Positions 14,401 to 22,958 of a stretch of DNA of 35,330 nucleotides are shown here, piece after piece. The position numbers and the translations under genes are program-made. Position 1 is the stretch's first letter, and each line of letters opens with the position of its first letter. This DNA comes from Candidatus Magasanikiibacteriota bacterium (GTDB taxonomy: Bacteria; Patescibacteriota; Patescibacteriia; Magasanikbacterales; 2-02-FULL-50-9b). Where the stretch lies: positions 1 to 35,330 of the forward strand of contig JAPLWO010000061.1 of assembly GCA_026396555.1 (NCBI GenBank). Reading direction: 5' to 3'. The notes under the pieces were generated by a model, which had not been told where the DNA came from, did not search any database, and worked only from the letters and a program-made list of their open reading frames with translations.

Positions 14401-14815
14401 CCCACACAGCGGAAAAAGCTTGACCCAATTTCGTTGGAGACGAAAGATGTGTCTGTGCCCAAACTTTTAAATCACCTGACATGAGCGGTAAAAGTTGCTG
14501 CAAATTTGCCGACTGTCCATCAGTTGAATATGTCCCAAAACGCGCAACAAAATCAAGTGCCCAGCGTTTTAATTGCGCTTCTTTTGAATCAGTCGGAGGT
14601 GTTGTTTCAGAAACTTTCGTCTGCGTTGTTCCCGTAGAAACTCCAGCCGCCGGTTCAACTGTCCCTTTTTTCGGCGCTGTTACTTCCGTTGTCGCGGGTG
14701 TTTGCGCCGCCGGATGTTTAATGCGCCACCAATACACAATTCCACCAACAATAATTACTGCTCCTGCAGCAATCGCAATTCCAATTTTAATTTTTTGTTT
14801 TACAGATTCGTCCAT
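14375..14815 (-). CDS. Hypothetical N-terminally membrane-anchored protein
   Basis: TM helix IGIAIAAGAVIIVGGIVYWW, a Pro/Thr-rich linker, then a small domain. Starts 5 nt downstream of the virB4-like stop. No family recognised. Confidence 0.6.
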   Translation of the reverse strand: MDESVKQKIKIGIAIAAGAVIIVGGIVYWWRIKHPAAQTPATTEVTAPKKGTVEPAAGVSTGTTQTKVSETTPPTDSKEAQLKRWALDFVARFGTYSTDGQSANLQQLLPLMSGDLKVWAQTHLSSPTKLGQAFSAVWGVFLVCVG

Positions 14816-14820
14816 ATGTT

Positions 14821-16800
14821 TTATTCCGGATTAAATTCGATCGGCACTACGCTTTCAAATGCTTCTTGCGCACCCGTTCCCTCAGCCGCAATATCACCAC
14901 TCAATCGTCCTGCAGCTGCGCTCGCGTCAAGCACATCTTGTTCCTCACGTAATTTTCGTCGCTCTTCTTCAAGTCGTAATAATTGTTGTGGATCAGTGGT
15001 CACAATTTGATCTTCATTATACGACGCGACAATTTTAATCGCCGCGTGTTTTTGTCCCGCAAAGAAAATTCCTTCACCAACCGCACTTTCAAGCAACAAA
15101 TATTTTTCTCCCTCTGTCAGTAAAAACGTTTTCACCAACGTATCAATTGCCGCCGGAGATTGTTTTAACAATAATTGAATTGATGAGTTCGTCACAATCG
15201 CCTGACCGTAGGGCGATCCCAAAAAGTCGTTCACATCTTGTGTAATCGTCGTCACACCAAGAAAATATTTACGCGCACGTTTTACCAACGCAAAAATAAA
15301 TCGCGCCGAATCTTCGTGCTGCATGAGCCACCACGCTTCATCAATCATGAGCGTACGTTTCTTACGACTTGAACGAACCACATTCCAAATGTAATTCACA
15401 ATCGTATAAATTGCAACCGGGCGCAATTCGTCTTCTAAATCACGTACACAGTAAACAACCAGCTGATTCCCCATGTCGACGTTCGTTGGATGATTGAGCA
15501 ACCCCGAAAACGTTCCTTCCGTAAACTTTTTCGTTTTAACCAACATATTTTCCGCGCCCGTCATGCCTTCAAGCACTGATTGAAAATCTCCAATCACCGG
15601 CGCTTCAACTTTCGTTAAATCTGCGTCAGGCGTAATATCTTTTTTCGCAAATGTTTCAAGCAGCGCGCGATCAAGCAGCGAATCCTCCTCGTTCGTGACC
15701 GTACCAAACATAATACGGAACAATCCTTTTAAAGTAATAACCGCGCTACGAATAATATCTTCCGTCGAAATTTGTTCACCAACTGGTCTTGGCAAATCAA
15801 ATGGATTTACTTTTGCTTCTGACGCAAGTGAAATATTAATAAATGTTCCACCCACCGCATCCGATAATTGTTTGTATTCGTATTCAGGATCAATAACAAT
15901 TACGGTCACACCAATCATCATCAAACGTAAAATTTCCAATTTAATTGCATATGATTTACCTGCACCCGATGTTGCAAATACAACTGAATTCGCGTTTTGA
16001 AGCGAAAAACGATCAAATAAAATCAAACTATTATTATGGCGATTGATGCCATACAAAATTCCATTATCACTCGTTAATTCCGCAGACATAAATGGAAATG
16101 ACGCAGCAATCGGCGACGAATTCATGTTCGCCGTAATCATGAGTTCATCATTCCCCACCGGAATCGTTGAATTAAATCCCTGCTCTGCCTGATACAAAAC
16201 TTTTTTTGTATAAATTAATTTTGATCCAAACATTCCTTCGATGTCAGCCGTCGTTTTATCAAGCTCCTCTTTCGTCTTCGAGTAAATCGTTATGTACAGC
16301 GCAAACTGAAAAAACTTTTCAGTTCCTTGGGACAACGCATCACGCAGCGCTTCAATATCACGCAGCGCCGTTTCTGCAATCGGATCACGCGGCGCACCTT
16401 TTTCTGCGGCAGATACAATTTCAGCTTCCATGAAACCCACACGTTCTTTTAATTGTTTTAAAATAATTTCTGAAGGCACCGGATAAAAGAACATGCCGAT
16501 GTCGAGTGTGAGCGGCAAATTAATAATTGGTGCAAACCAACCAACGCTAATATAGCGAGGATACGTAATCACACATAATGATCGCGCAAAAACCTCACCA
16601 ATTAAAATGTGTCCAGACTCAACTTTAAACGCGGCAGGCGCGATAATGTCTCGAATATTAACAACACCAGCGCGATAAATTCGTTCGGATTCGAGCGCTA
16701 GTCGCTCCTCAGCAATTTTTGCTTGCTGCTCGTCCTTTTTTGTCGGACGTTTTTGAGGCGCGTTAGTTGTAGCGGTTGGTGAAATGGGTTGAAATGCCAT
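14821..16800 (-). CDS. virB4: VirB4/TrsE-family type IV secretion ATPase
   Basis: Walker A ATSGAGKSY (about nt 15949-15969). VirB4-typical Walker B LMIDEAWWLM (DEAW). N-terminal VirB4-like domain (VITYPRYISVGWFAPII). Confidence 0.9.
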   Translation of the reverse strand: MAFQPISPTATTNAPQKRPTKKDEQQAKIAEERLALESERIYRAGVVNIRDIIAPAAFKVESGHILIGEVFARSLCVITYPRYISVGWFAPIINLPLTLDIGMFFYPVPSEIILKQLKERVGFMEAEIVSAAEKGAPRDPIAETALRDIEALRDALSQGTEKFFQFALYITIYSKTKEELDKTTADIEGMFGSKLIYTKKVLYQAEQGFNSTIPVGNDELMITANMNSSPIAASFPFMSAELTSDNGILYGINRHNNSLILFDRFSLQNANSVVFATSGAGKSYAIKLEILRLMMIGVTVIVIDPEYEYKQLSDAVGGTFINISLASEAKVNPFDLPRPVGEQISTEDIIRSAVITLKGLFRIMFGTVTNEEDSLLDRALLETFAKKDITPDADLTKVEAPVIGDFQSVLEGMTGAENMLVKTKKFTEGTFSGLLNHPTNVDMGNQLVVYCVRDLEDELRPVAIYTIVNYIWNVVRSSRKKRTLMIDEAWWLMQHEDSARFIFALVKRARKYFLGVTTITQDVNDFLGSPYGQAIVTNSSIQLLLKQSPAAIDTLVKTFLLTEGEKYLLLESAVGEGIFFAGQKHAAIKIVASYNEDQIVTTDPQQLLRLEEERRKLREEQDVLDASAAAGRLSGDIAAEGTGAQEAFESVVPIEFNPE

Positions 16801-16801
16801 A

Positions 16802-17527
16802 CTATTCTTTTTCTACGCGCAATTGATCAGTCGGGACTAATTTTTCTGTGAGGAAAATGTCTGGGTTGTACACGGTGTAATATAGTTCAATGAGCCCTTC
16901 CGTGTCGAGCTGCTGAACCTGCAAACCCATACTCTGCATTCCGCCTAGCACCAAATTCAAACGCAAATCCAAATCTTTTTTCTGATCAAAAAATTTTTCT
17001 TCTTTTGCACGAACCGATTTTGATGGAGATAAAACTTCTGAGAAACGCTGCCAAAAACCTTTTGCTTTATTCGATCCTGGACTAAGTGGCACGACCACAA
17101 AAAAACGCTTGCTCATGATTTGGCCCAGCTCAATTAGTTCTCGGATAAACTGTCGATAATCTGAAATCTGTGTGCGCAATAATTCATTTTTCTGCACACG
17201 TTCAGACTCTTTTAATCGATCAAGATATGAATCAATATTTAATTTACGAGACTGCACCACCACCTGAATTGGAAAATCGAGTGAGTTTAAAAATCCAACA
17301 TACGCCGCAATAATTGCGTTTTGCTCATCTTCCGACTTCAGCGCAAAATTAATCGACGAAACTAAAATCACCGCACGAATCGTTCCATCTTTCATGATAA
17401 CGGTATTGTCACGAATTTCAGCAATATCTAAATATTGCTGTGTTGAAACACTCGGCTTCGGTCCCGCCAGTTTTTTACTGTTCAGTGTTTCTACTTTTGG
17501 ATTTTCTTTTTGCGAAGGAGCAGCCAT
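16802..17527 (-). CDS. Hypothetical T4SS accessory protein resembling a stand-alone VirB4 N-terminal domain
   Basis: The pattern YLDIAEIRDNTVIMKDGTIRAVILVSSINFALKSEDEQNAIIAAYVGFLNSLDFPIQVVVQS resembles N-terminal regions of Gram-positive VirB4 homologs (from memory). No NTPase motifs. Its stop lies 1 nt before the virB4 start. Confidence 0.6.
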   Translation of the reverse strand: MAAPSQKENPKVETLNSKKLAGPKPSVSTQQYLDIAEIRDNTVIMKDGTIRAVILVSSINFALKSEDEQNAIIAAYVGFLNSLDFPIQVVVQSRKLNIDSYLDRLKESERVQKNELLRTQISDYRQFIRELIELGQIMSKRFFVVVPLSPGSNKAKGFWQRFSEVLSPSKSVRAKEEKFFDQKKDLDLRLNLVLGGMQSMGLQVQQLDTEGLIELYYTVYNPDIFLTEKLVPTDQLRVEKE

Positions 17528-17533
17528 ATTTTT

Positions 17534-17977
17534 TTATAAAACGTCTTCTGACTCAGGCTGATACGCGCCACCTGTATTTACGATGAGCGACAATTCATTC
17601 AACCGACTCGCGCCGATGAACCGTTTATGTTCCATGTGCACCGTCGGAACAGCTTGTTCAGGATTCACGAATCGTTGAATATATTCTGTACTCAAATCTT
17701 TTTGCCACACGCGCAATTTTGGTTTGCGCAGAGTTTGAATAATATTCAGTAGAAAAAAATGAAATCCTTGACCATTCACTTTTACAAATGCAACAACGAT
17801 CGTAATGATCCCAACAGGAATCGATGCAATCACAAACCAATTAAACGCAAATAACAATTTAAAAATCGCACAGATCATCACACCAACGAAAACAATGATA
17901 AATTGTCGTGGTGTAATTGGCCCTAATAACTTTGGCTCAACATCAATGAATTGTGGAATAACAAATTGCTCTGGCAT
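17534..17977 (-). CDS. PrgI-family (VirB3-like) small T4SS membrane protein
   Basis: N-terminus MPEQFVIPQFIDVEPKLLGPITPRQF followed by two TM helices, typical of the PrgI family. It sits upstream of virB4, separated from it by one small ORF (16802-17527). Confidence 0.7.
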   Translation of the reverse strand: MPEQFVIPQFIDVEPKLLGPITPRQFIIVFVGVMICAIFKLLFAFNWFVIASIPVGIITIVVAFVKVNGQGFHFFLLNIIQTLRKPKLRVWQKDLSTEYIQRFVNPEQAVPTVHMEHKRFIGASRLNELSLIVNTGGAYQPESEDVL

Positions 17978-17979
17978 AT

Positions 17980-19809
17980 TTAAGTGATATACCGAATGGA
18001 TGCAAGCAAATCACGAAGCGCTGCAATTTCATCTGGCTCGAGTGATGGTTTGCCTAATTTTTTTTCTGACGCCGCGAGTTCGTCGACTGAAGTGCCTGTA
18101 AACAGTCCCCGCTTCAAAAATTCTCGATACAAACGAATCGGCTCACATTGTTCGATCGCATGAACCGCACGAACTTTTTCACTCGGACCTTCTTGTCCGA
18201 TTACTTCTAGTTTACTCCGAATTTTTTGAATACGCACGGAAACATCTTCTGACAAGCGACGAAAATCAACCAGTGTCATGCTTGCGAGTTCATCAATCGG
18301 CCCCATCAAACGATGCCCCACATTTGGATGTGAACTTGGTCGAATATCTGTAATCTTTTTTACCTGTGCAGTCGACTGTATTGTAGAAACAGGCATCGCA
18401 CCCGGCGTCACATTCTTAGGCTTAATTGGAAAAATCGGCTGATCCGCATCAATCAACTGACGCAATTTATCCGGAATTTTTGGAACGTATTTAGGCGTTC
18501 CGCTCGTCGCAGTAATTGGACGAGCTGCAGCTGATGGGATGGTTGCAGGTACTGCCGCTGGGGCGGTCGTAACAGCAGGAATGGATGATAAAATGGGCGC
18601 CATGTGTGATTTTGCTTCTTGCCCTGGATGCGCCGCTTCTGCAGTCTGAATTTCCCGACGCGTTTCCTTTCGAATCGCCTCAACAGCATCCCGGCCAAAC
18701 ATTGATACAAAGCGTTGATTGAGTTCCCGCTGATCTGATGATGTTTTTGCTTCAGGCCCCGCATTTGCCGAACCTGTCGCATTTTTTTGTACGCTCGCGA
18801 TTTTTTCCATCACCGTAAATTCTGCACGTCTGTTTTCAAAACCACCTACTGTTTTTTCCAGTAGCGCTGCGAGTCGATTCACTTCAAACGCGCTCACGCC
18901 CAAACCACCCTGAGCCATCGGCGCACTCAGTGCCGCACGAGTTTGAACCGCATCACGTGCGCCTCCAATACGTGTGACCACAATCGATTTCCAGCGCGCC
19001 TGCATTTCTGGTGAGCGATCTGTCATTGGCTCAATCGCAAGCACCGCATCAACCAACGATTGCTGCTGAGTATTTAAAATTAATTCTTTAACCTCTGCTG
19101 CATTATTTTTTTTATCCGAAATTTCCACATGATCATCTTCGGTCAAGGCTGATTTTGGAATTGTGCTCGGATCAATCGTGCGAGTTGGTACTGCGTTTAC
19201 GGGCGCTTCCGTTTTATTTATTTTATATGCCGCGACATATTCTCGAATTTGTCGCACAACTTTTTTTGCGACATCCTCTCTAAGTCCACAGCCGCCCTCG
19301 GTAAATGCAGCGCGCAATTTTTTCTCTACTTCAGCGCGATCAAATTTTTCTGTTTTTAATACTGCACCCACAACTTCATCTAAACGAGTTGCAGCAGGAC
19401 GCGGAAGGTCGCCGACGATGTCAGAAACTGATTTTACAGCTGCATCAAAAGAAATTTCCGGTTGTATAACCTTAGAAATTTTTGAATTTACGTCGCCAGA
19501 ATATGCGGGAAAAAACCATTTGACCGGTCCGCAAATAGTGCTCAAAATTTCTTTTGCAGCAGCATCAGATTTATCCGCTGAAATTCCAACACGCGAGCTA
19601 AGCGCCCCAGAAACTGCTGTGGCATCAGGAGTAAGCGCGCGAAAAAACAACTCCCCCTCAATTCGAATAATCTCATCAAAATTTTCTTCCGTTAAATTAT
19701 ACGTTTTTACAAACACATCATTAAAATTACCCAGCTCCTCGCTTAACAAAAAGTTAACAAGCACCTTTGGTAATTCCGTAATGGTTGAAAATTGTAAGGA
19801 AGCATTCAT
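17980..19809 (-). CDS. Hypothetical 609-aa protein inside the T4SS-like operon
   Basis: Long ORF with clean coding character and no TM segment. Contains the Pro/Ala-rich linker IPAVTTAPAAVPATIPSAAARP. 9 nt downstream of the VirB6-like gene and 2 nt upstream of the PrgI-like gene. No family recognised. Confidence 0.75.
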   Translation of the reverse strand: MNASLQFSTITELPKVLVNFLLSEELGNFNDVFVKTYNLTEENFDEIIRIEGELFFRALTPDATAVSGALSSRVGISADKSDAAAKEILSTICGPVKWFFPAYSGDVNSKISKVIQPEISFDAAVKSVSDIVGDLPRPAATRLDEVVGAVLKTEKFDRAEVEKKLRAAFTEGGCGLREDVAKKVVRQIREYVAAYKINKTEAPVNAVPTRTIDPSTIPKSALTEDDHVEISDKKNNAAEVKELILNTQQQSLVDAVLAIEPMTDRSPEMQARWKSIVVTRIGGARDAVQTRAALSAPMAQGGLGVSAFEVNRLAALLEKTVGGFENRRAEFTVMEKIASVQKNATGSANAGPEAKTSSDQRELNQRFVSMFGRDAVEAIRKETRREIQTAEAAHPGQEAKSHMAPILSSIPAVTTAPAAVPATIPSAAARPITATSGTPKYVPKIPDKLRQLIDADQPIFPIKPKNVTPGAMPVSTIQSTAQVKKITDIRPSSHPNVGHRLMGPIDELASMTLVDFRRLSEDVSVRIQKIRSKLEVIGQEGPSEKVRAVHAIEQCEPIRLYREFLKRGLFTGTSVDELAASEKKLGKPSLEPDEIAALRDLLASIRYIT

Positions 19810-19818
19810 AGAAGAATG

Positions 19819-22800
19819 TTAGGGTCGCGGACCACTTAACGTAAAAATAACTCGCGCCTCACGACGTAAATTCAAATCCGGGCTGTAATGTTTAAACGCA
19901 TTTCCAACACCTGACATAACTTTTTTCTTCTGCTCTGTATTTTCAATTTTGTCAGCAATTGTGTCTGCCATGGTTTGCATTTGTGCGGATGACATCGCGG
20001 AATTTGCCAACGCTCGCTGCACACCTTCATGCGCCGCCGCTTCTGGCGCAAGATTTGCAACCAATGTTGGATCCGAATTAAACGCAGCTGTAAGATTTGC
20101 AATTTGAATGCCCGAAAATTTATGAGGACCTGTTTCCTTACCATCAACAGTCTCACGTTTTCCACCCAAATCTTCCAAATTGTATTGAACACCCTCTTCT
20201 GTTCCATGATCACGATGTGTCCATTGGCGTTTCAATTCAGTAACAACAACTGCAGGATTAATTGAGGCAAAACCTGTTGAAAGAACGTTCGTCATATCAT
20301 CTACACGACGATCAAGTGCTGGATTTCCTGAACGAGCTGCTGCAGTAACAGAGCTCAAGAAATTTGCACGATCAGCTTCTGGAACCAAACTTGCTGATTG
20401 CGCCAAATGTTCTGAAACCGCAACATCTGATCGGCCAGCCTCCAACGCACGTCGAACTTCCTGACCAATTCCTTGCGCAAGTTTTGCGTTTGCTGCCGCT
20501 AAATCTGCAGGGCTCATCGCAGTATTGTAATCGCCACGATACGCGTTCTGAATCGGTGTAACATTTGCTCGAATCTCTTGATTTTCAACTTTAGCCGCTT
20601 CAGCTGCATTTGCTGTCGCAACACGAGTCGCTTCAGCTGCCGCAGTTGCTTGTTGCCGTGCTGTTCGATCAGCCTCAGCTTGTAAATCAACTGCAGATTT
20701 TCCATCATTTCTTCCCATTACCACGCCGCCAACTACAACATTTTCGTTCAACTTATATTTATCTGTTCGATAATCCTTCAGCATCTGCTCCATTACCGCG
20801 CGTGACTGAGAGCCATCGCCTGCGGCAATTTTCTCGGCCGTAATTGCGTCCTTAACCGCAAGCTCCTGTTCATCAGTCCAGTCAGCCGCATCAGGATCTT
20901 CTTTCTTACGCTCTTTACGACGTCGTTCGAGTTCATCCTTAACACTTTTATCAAATTTAGGATCAACCAATTTAACTGCTGCTGCCAATTCGGTCTCTGT
21001 AATATCACGTTCGCCATTTGCCTTACGCGGCGCATTGAACTTTTTCGTCATCTCATGAATAAGTGCATCTGAACTGTTCAAACCTTGTTGCTTAAACAAA
21101 TCTGTCTGCGCGCTAATTCCATGATCAAGATCATTACGCGCTTTCTGAACATTTGCCTGATAATTTGCTTGCGCTTGTTTGACTGCATCAGTTTGCGCCG
21201 TGCCAATCAGCGAAGCCGCCTTCGTCAACTCATCATGAAACTGATGCACTGCGTGATCTTGATTCGCTTCTGAATGTTCATTCGCGTCACGCACCGCAGT
21301 CATCTTCTTTCCTTGTTCACCAAAACCCAAAACACCTGCAGCATTTTTTAAAGCCTGCACGCGATCTGCTTGTGCGTGGCGACCTGTCGTACCAATATAT
21401 TTTTTACTTGTTTCTGGAAGCCCTTCACCTTTTTGCGCAGTCCAATCAGCAGCTCGTTCAGCAGCACCCTGCAATCTCCGTGGAAGAATTCTACGTGCAG
21501 TTGCGGATCGCGCAAGCCCTGGCAAACGACTCGTAAGCGCCGGCGATTTTTGCGCCAATAAATCCAGCCCACGTGTTGTAAATCCACCCTCACCCTTGAT
21601 TCCTTTTTTCGTTTGGGTCCAAATACCTGCCTTGCCGCTCCATGCTTGTTTTGCAACAAAGCCTGCGCCGCGACGCGCGTAACCACTCAATTTTTTATTT
21701 GCGAAACCCGTGATTTGTTTTGCATAGCTACCAGAAATTCCAACCGCCCATTTTGCGCCTAAAATAAAAATGACAATCGGCGTAAAAAATAACGCGAGAT
21801 TTTCCCACTGAGAAATTTTTGTACCCGCGATGTCAGACGGCGCGACTTGTGATCCGGTTGCATTAACTTCCGCGAACGCCGGCGCACTAATCACAGAAAA
21901 AGCCTGGTCGCTCACCGCAATACTTGCGAGCGAAATCCACACCACAAACGCAACCACAGGACCAACCATCAATTGCGCGTTAAATGCGTGCCACCACGTG
22001 CTTTGAAATCCTTTGGTGACCGGCAACACTTTTGCAACAAACGCGAGCGGGGACGCGACAATCAAAAACCAGAGCGTCACAATACGCACCACCAATATAA
22101 TATCGAGTGAAAGCACTGCGAGAATTCCGATAAATGAAATAATCGTTGTAAATGTATTTGCCGTAATTGTTGAAAACACATTCGCCGCAAAAGCAGCACC
22201 CTTCGCAACATATTCCGCGGTAAACGCTGTTCCACCGCTTGCGGCAGATAATTGATTCCCCGCCGTTCCCAGCGCGAGTTGCACCCAGTTATCAACTTTA
22301 AAAAGTCTGATAAAATTTCCACCTGCTGTTTCCGCGAACCCACTTACAAACGTCATCATCACAACTTGTGACGCGTCGATGAGCAAACCACAAATCATTT
22401 TACTAAAATTCACGAGCAACGCCGCGGCCAAGAAATTTTTCATGAGCGCACTTGCCTGATATCCGTTAAAATCCAAAATCGTTGCAAACGCAATAACCAA
22501 CAATGCGACCACGAGAAACATGTTCGCAATATCACGCGTTACACTCCATCCAATTGTCACGATCGTCGATCCCAAAAAAGTATTGTACTGACTGATGCCA
22601 ATCAAAAAGTTGATGAGAAACAAAAAAATACCGGCAAAAATCGATACCAGCATTTTTGTTAAGAAATACAGGACAACAATCCACGTAACCAACGCACCCG
22701 CACCATCGGTCAGCGACATGACGCCTTGAATAAGCGACACAAAAACCCCATCAGCCGCATGTGCCTGTTTTGGAATCAAAAGTGCGATCACGGGGATCGA

Positions 22801-22893
22801 AAGCACGAGCGATCGAATCGCTAATTTATATTTTGAAACCAGCTCTTCCGCGCTGCGTCGTGCGATTTTAATTTTTTCTAAAAAACCTCGCAT
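19819..22893 (-). CDS. Polytopic VirB6/TrbL-like membrane protein with a C-terminal hydrophilic extension of about 630 aa
   Basis: Start set at the ATG at 22893 (MRGFLEKIK...); the tracked ORF starts at 22956. Signal-like segment ending QAHA, then at least 7 hydrophobic helices to about nt 21740, then an Ala/Lys/Glu/Asp/Gln-rich tail. The VirB6 call is inferred from topology and operon position. Confidence 0.65.
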   Translation of the reverse strand: MRGFLEKIKIARRSAEELVSKYKLAIRSLVLSIPVIALLIPKQAHAADGVFVSLIQGVMSLTDGAGALVTWIVVLYFLTKMLVSIFAGIFLFLINFLIGISQYNTFLGSTIVTIGWSVTRDIANMFLVVALLVIAFATILDFNGYQASALMKNFLAAALLVNFSKMICGLLIDASQVVMMTFVSGFAETAGGNFIRLFKVDNWVQLALGTAGNQLSAASGGTAFTAEYVAKGAAFAANVFSTITANTFTTIISFIGILAVLSLDIILVVRIVTLWFLIVASPLAFVAKVLPVTKGFQSTWWHAFNAQLMVGPVVAFVVWISLASIAVSDQAFSVISAPAFAEVNATGSQVAPSDIAGTKISQWENLALFFTPIVIFILGAKWAVGISGSYAKQITGFANKKLSGYARRGAGFVAKQAWSGKAGIWTQTKKGIKGEGGFTTRGLDLLAQKSPALTSRLPGLARSATARRILPRRLQGAAERAADWTAQKGEGLPETSKKYIGTTGRHAQADRVQALKNAAGVLGFGEQGKKMTAVRDANEHSEANQDHAVHQFHDELTKAASLIGTAQTDAVKQAQANYQANVQKARNDLDHGISAQTDLFKQQGLNSSDALIHEMTKKFNAPRKANGERDITETELAAAVKLVDPKFDKSVKDELERRRKERKKEDPDAADWTDEQELAVKDAITAEKIAAGDGSQSRAVMEQMLKDYRTDKYKLNENVVVGGVVMGRNDGKSAVDLQAEADRTARQQATAAAEATRVATANAAEAAKVENQEIRANVTPIQNAYRGDYNTAMSPADLAAANAKLAQGIGQEVRRALEAGRSDVAVSEHLAQSASLVPEADRANFLSSVTAAARSGNPALDRRVDDMTNVLSTGFASINPAVVVTELKRQWTHRDHGTEEGVQYNLEDLGGKRETVDGKETGPHKFSGIQIANLTAAFNSDPTLVANLAPEAAAHEGVQRALANSAMSSAQMQTMADTIADKIENTEQKKKVMSGVGNAFKHYSPDLNLRREARVIFTLSGPRP

Positions 22894-22958
22894 GTATGGT
22901 GAGAAAAATTGAAACTTCGTTGACAGTATAACACATTCGTGCGAAAGTACGTACAACT

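Noticed and set aside
22894-22956. 21-codon N-terminal extension of the VirB6-like ORF (MYVLSHECVILSTKFQFFSPY)
   Set aside because: It would leave only 2 nt of divergent intergenic space before the kinase gene. The internal Met (MRGFLEKIK...) gives a normal positively charged N-terminus followed by a signal-like helix. This remains uncertain.
13801-22956. Interpretation of the VirB4 cluster as an integrative conjugative element or plasmid remnant
   Set aside because: The window contains no relaxase, coupling protein, integrase, replication gene or flanking att-like repeat. The composition matches the background, the flanks are housekeeping genes, and the operon ends in comFC.
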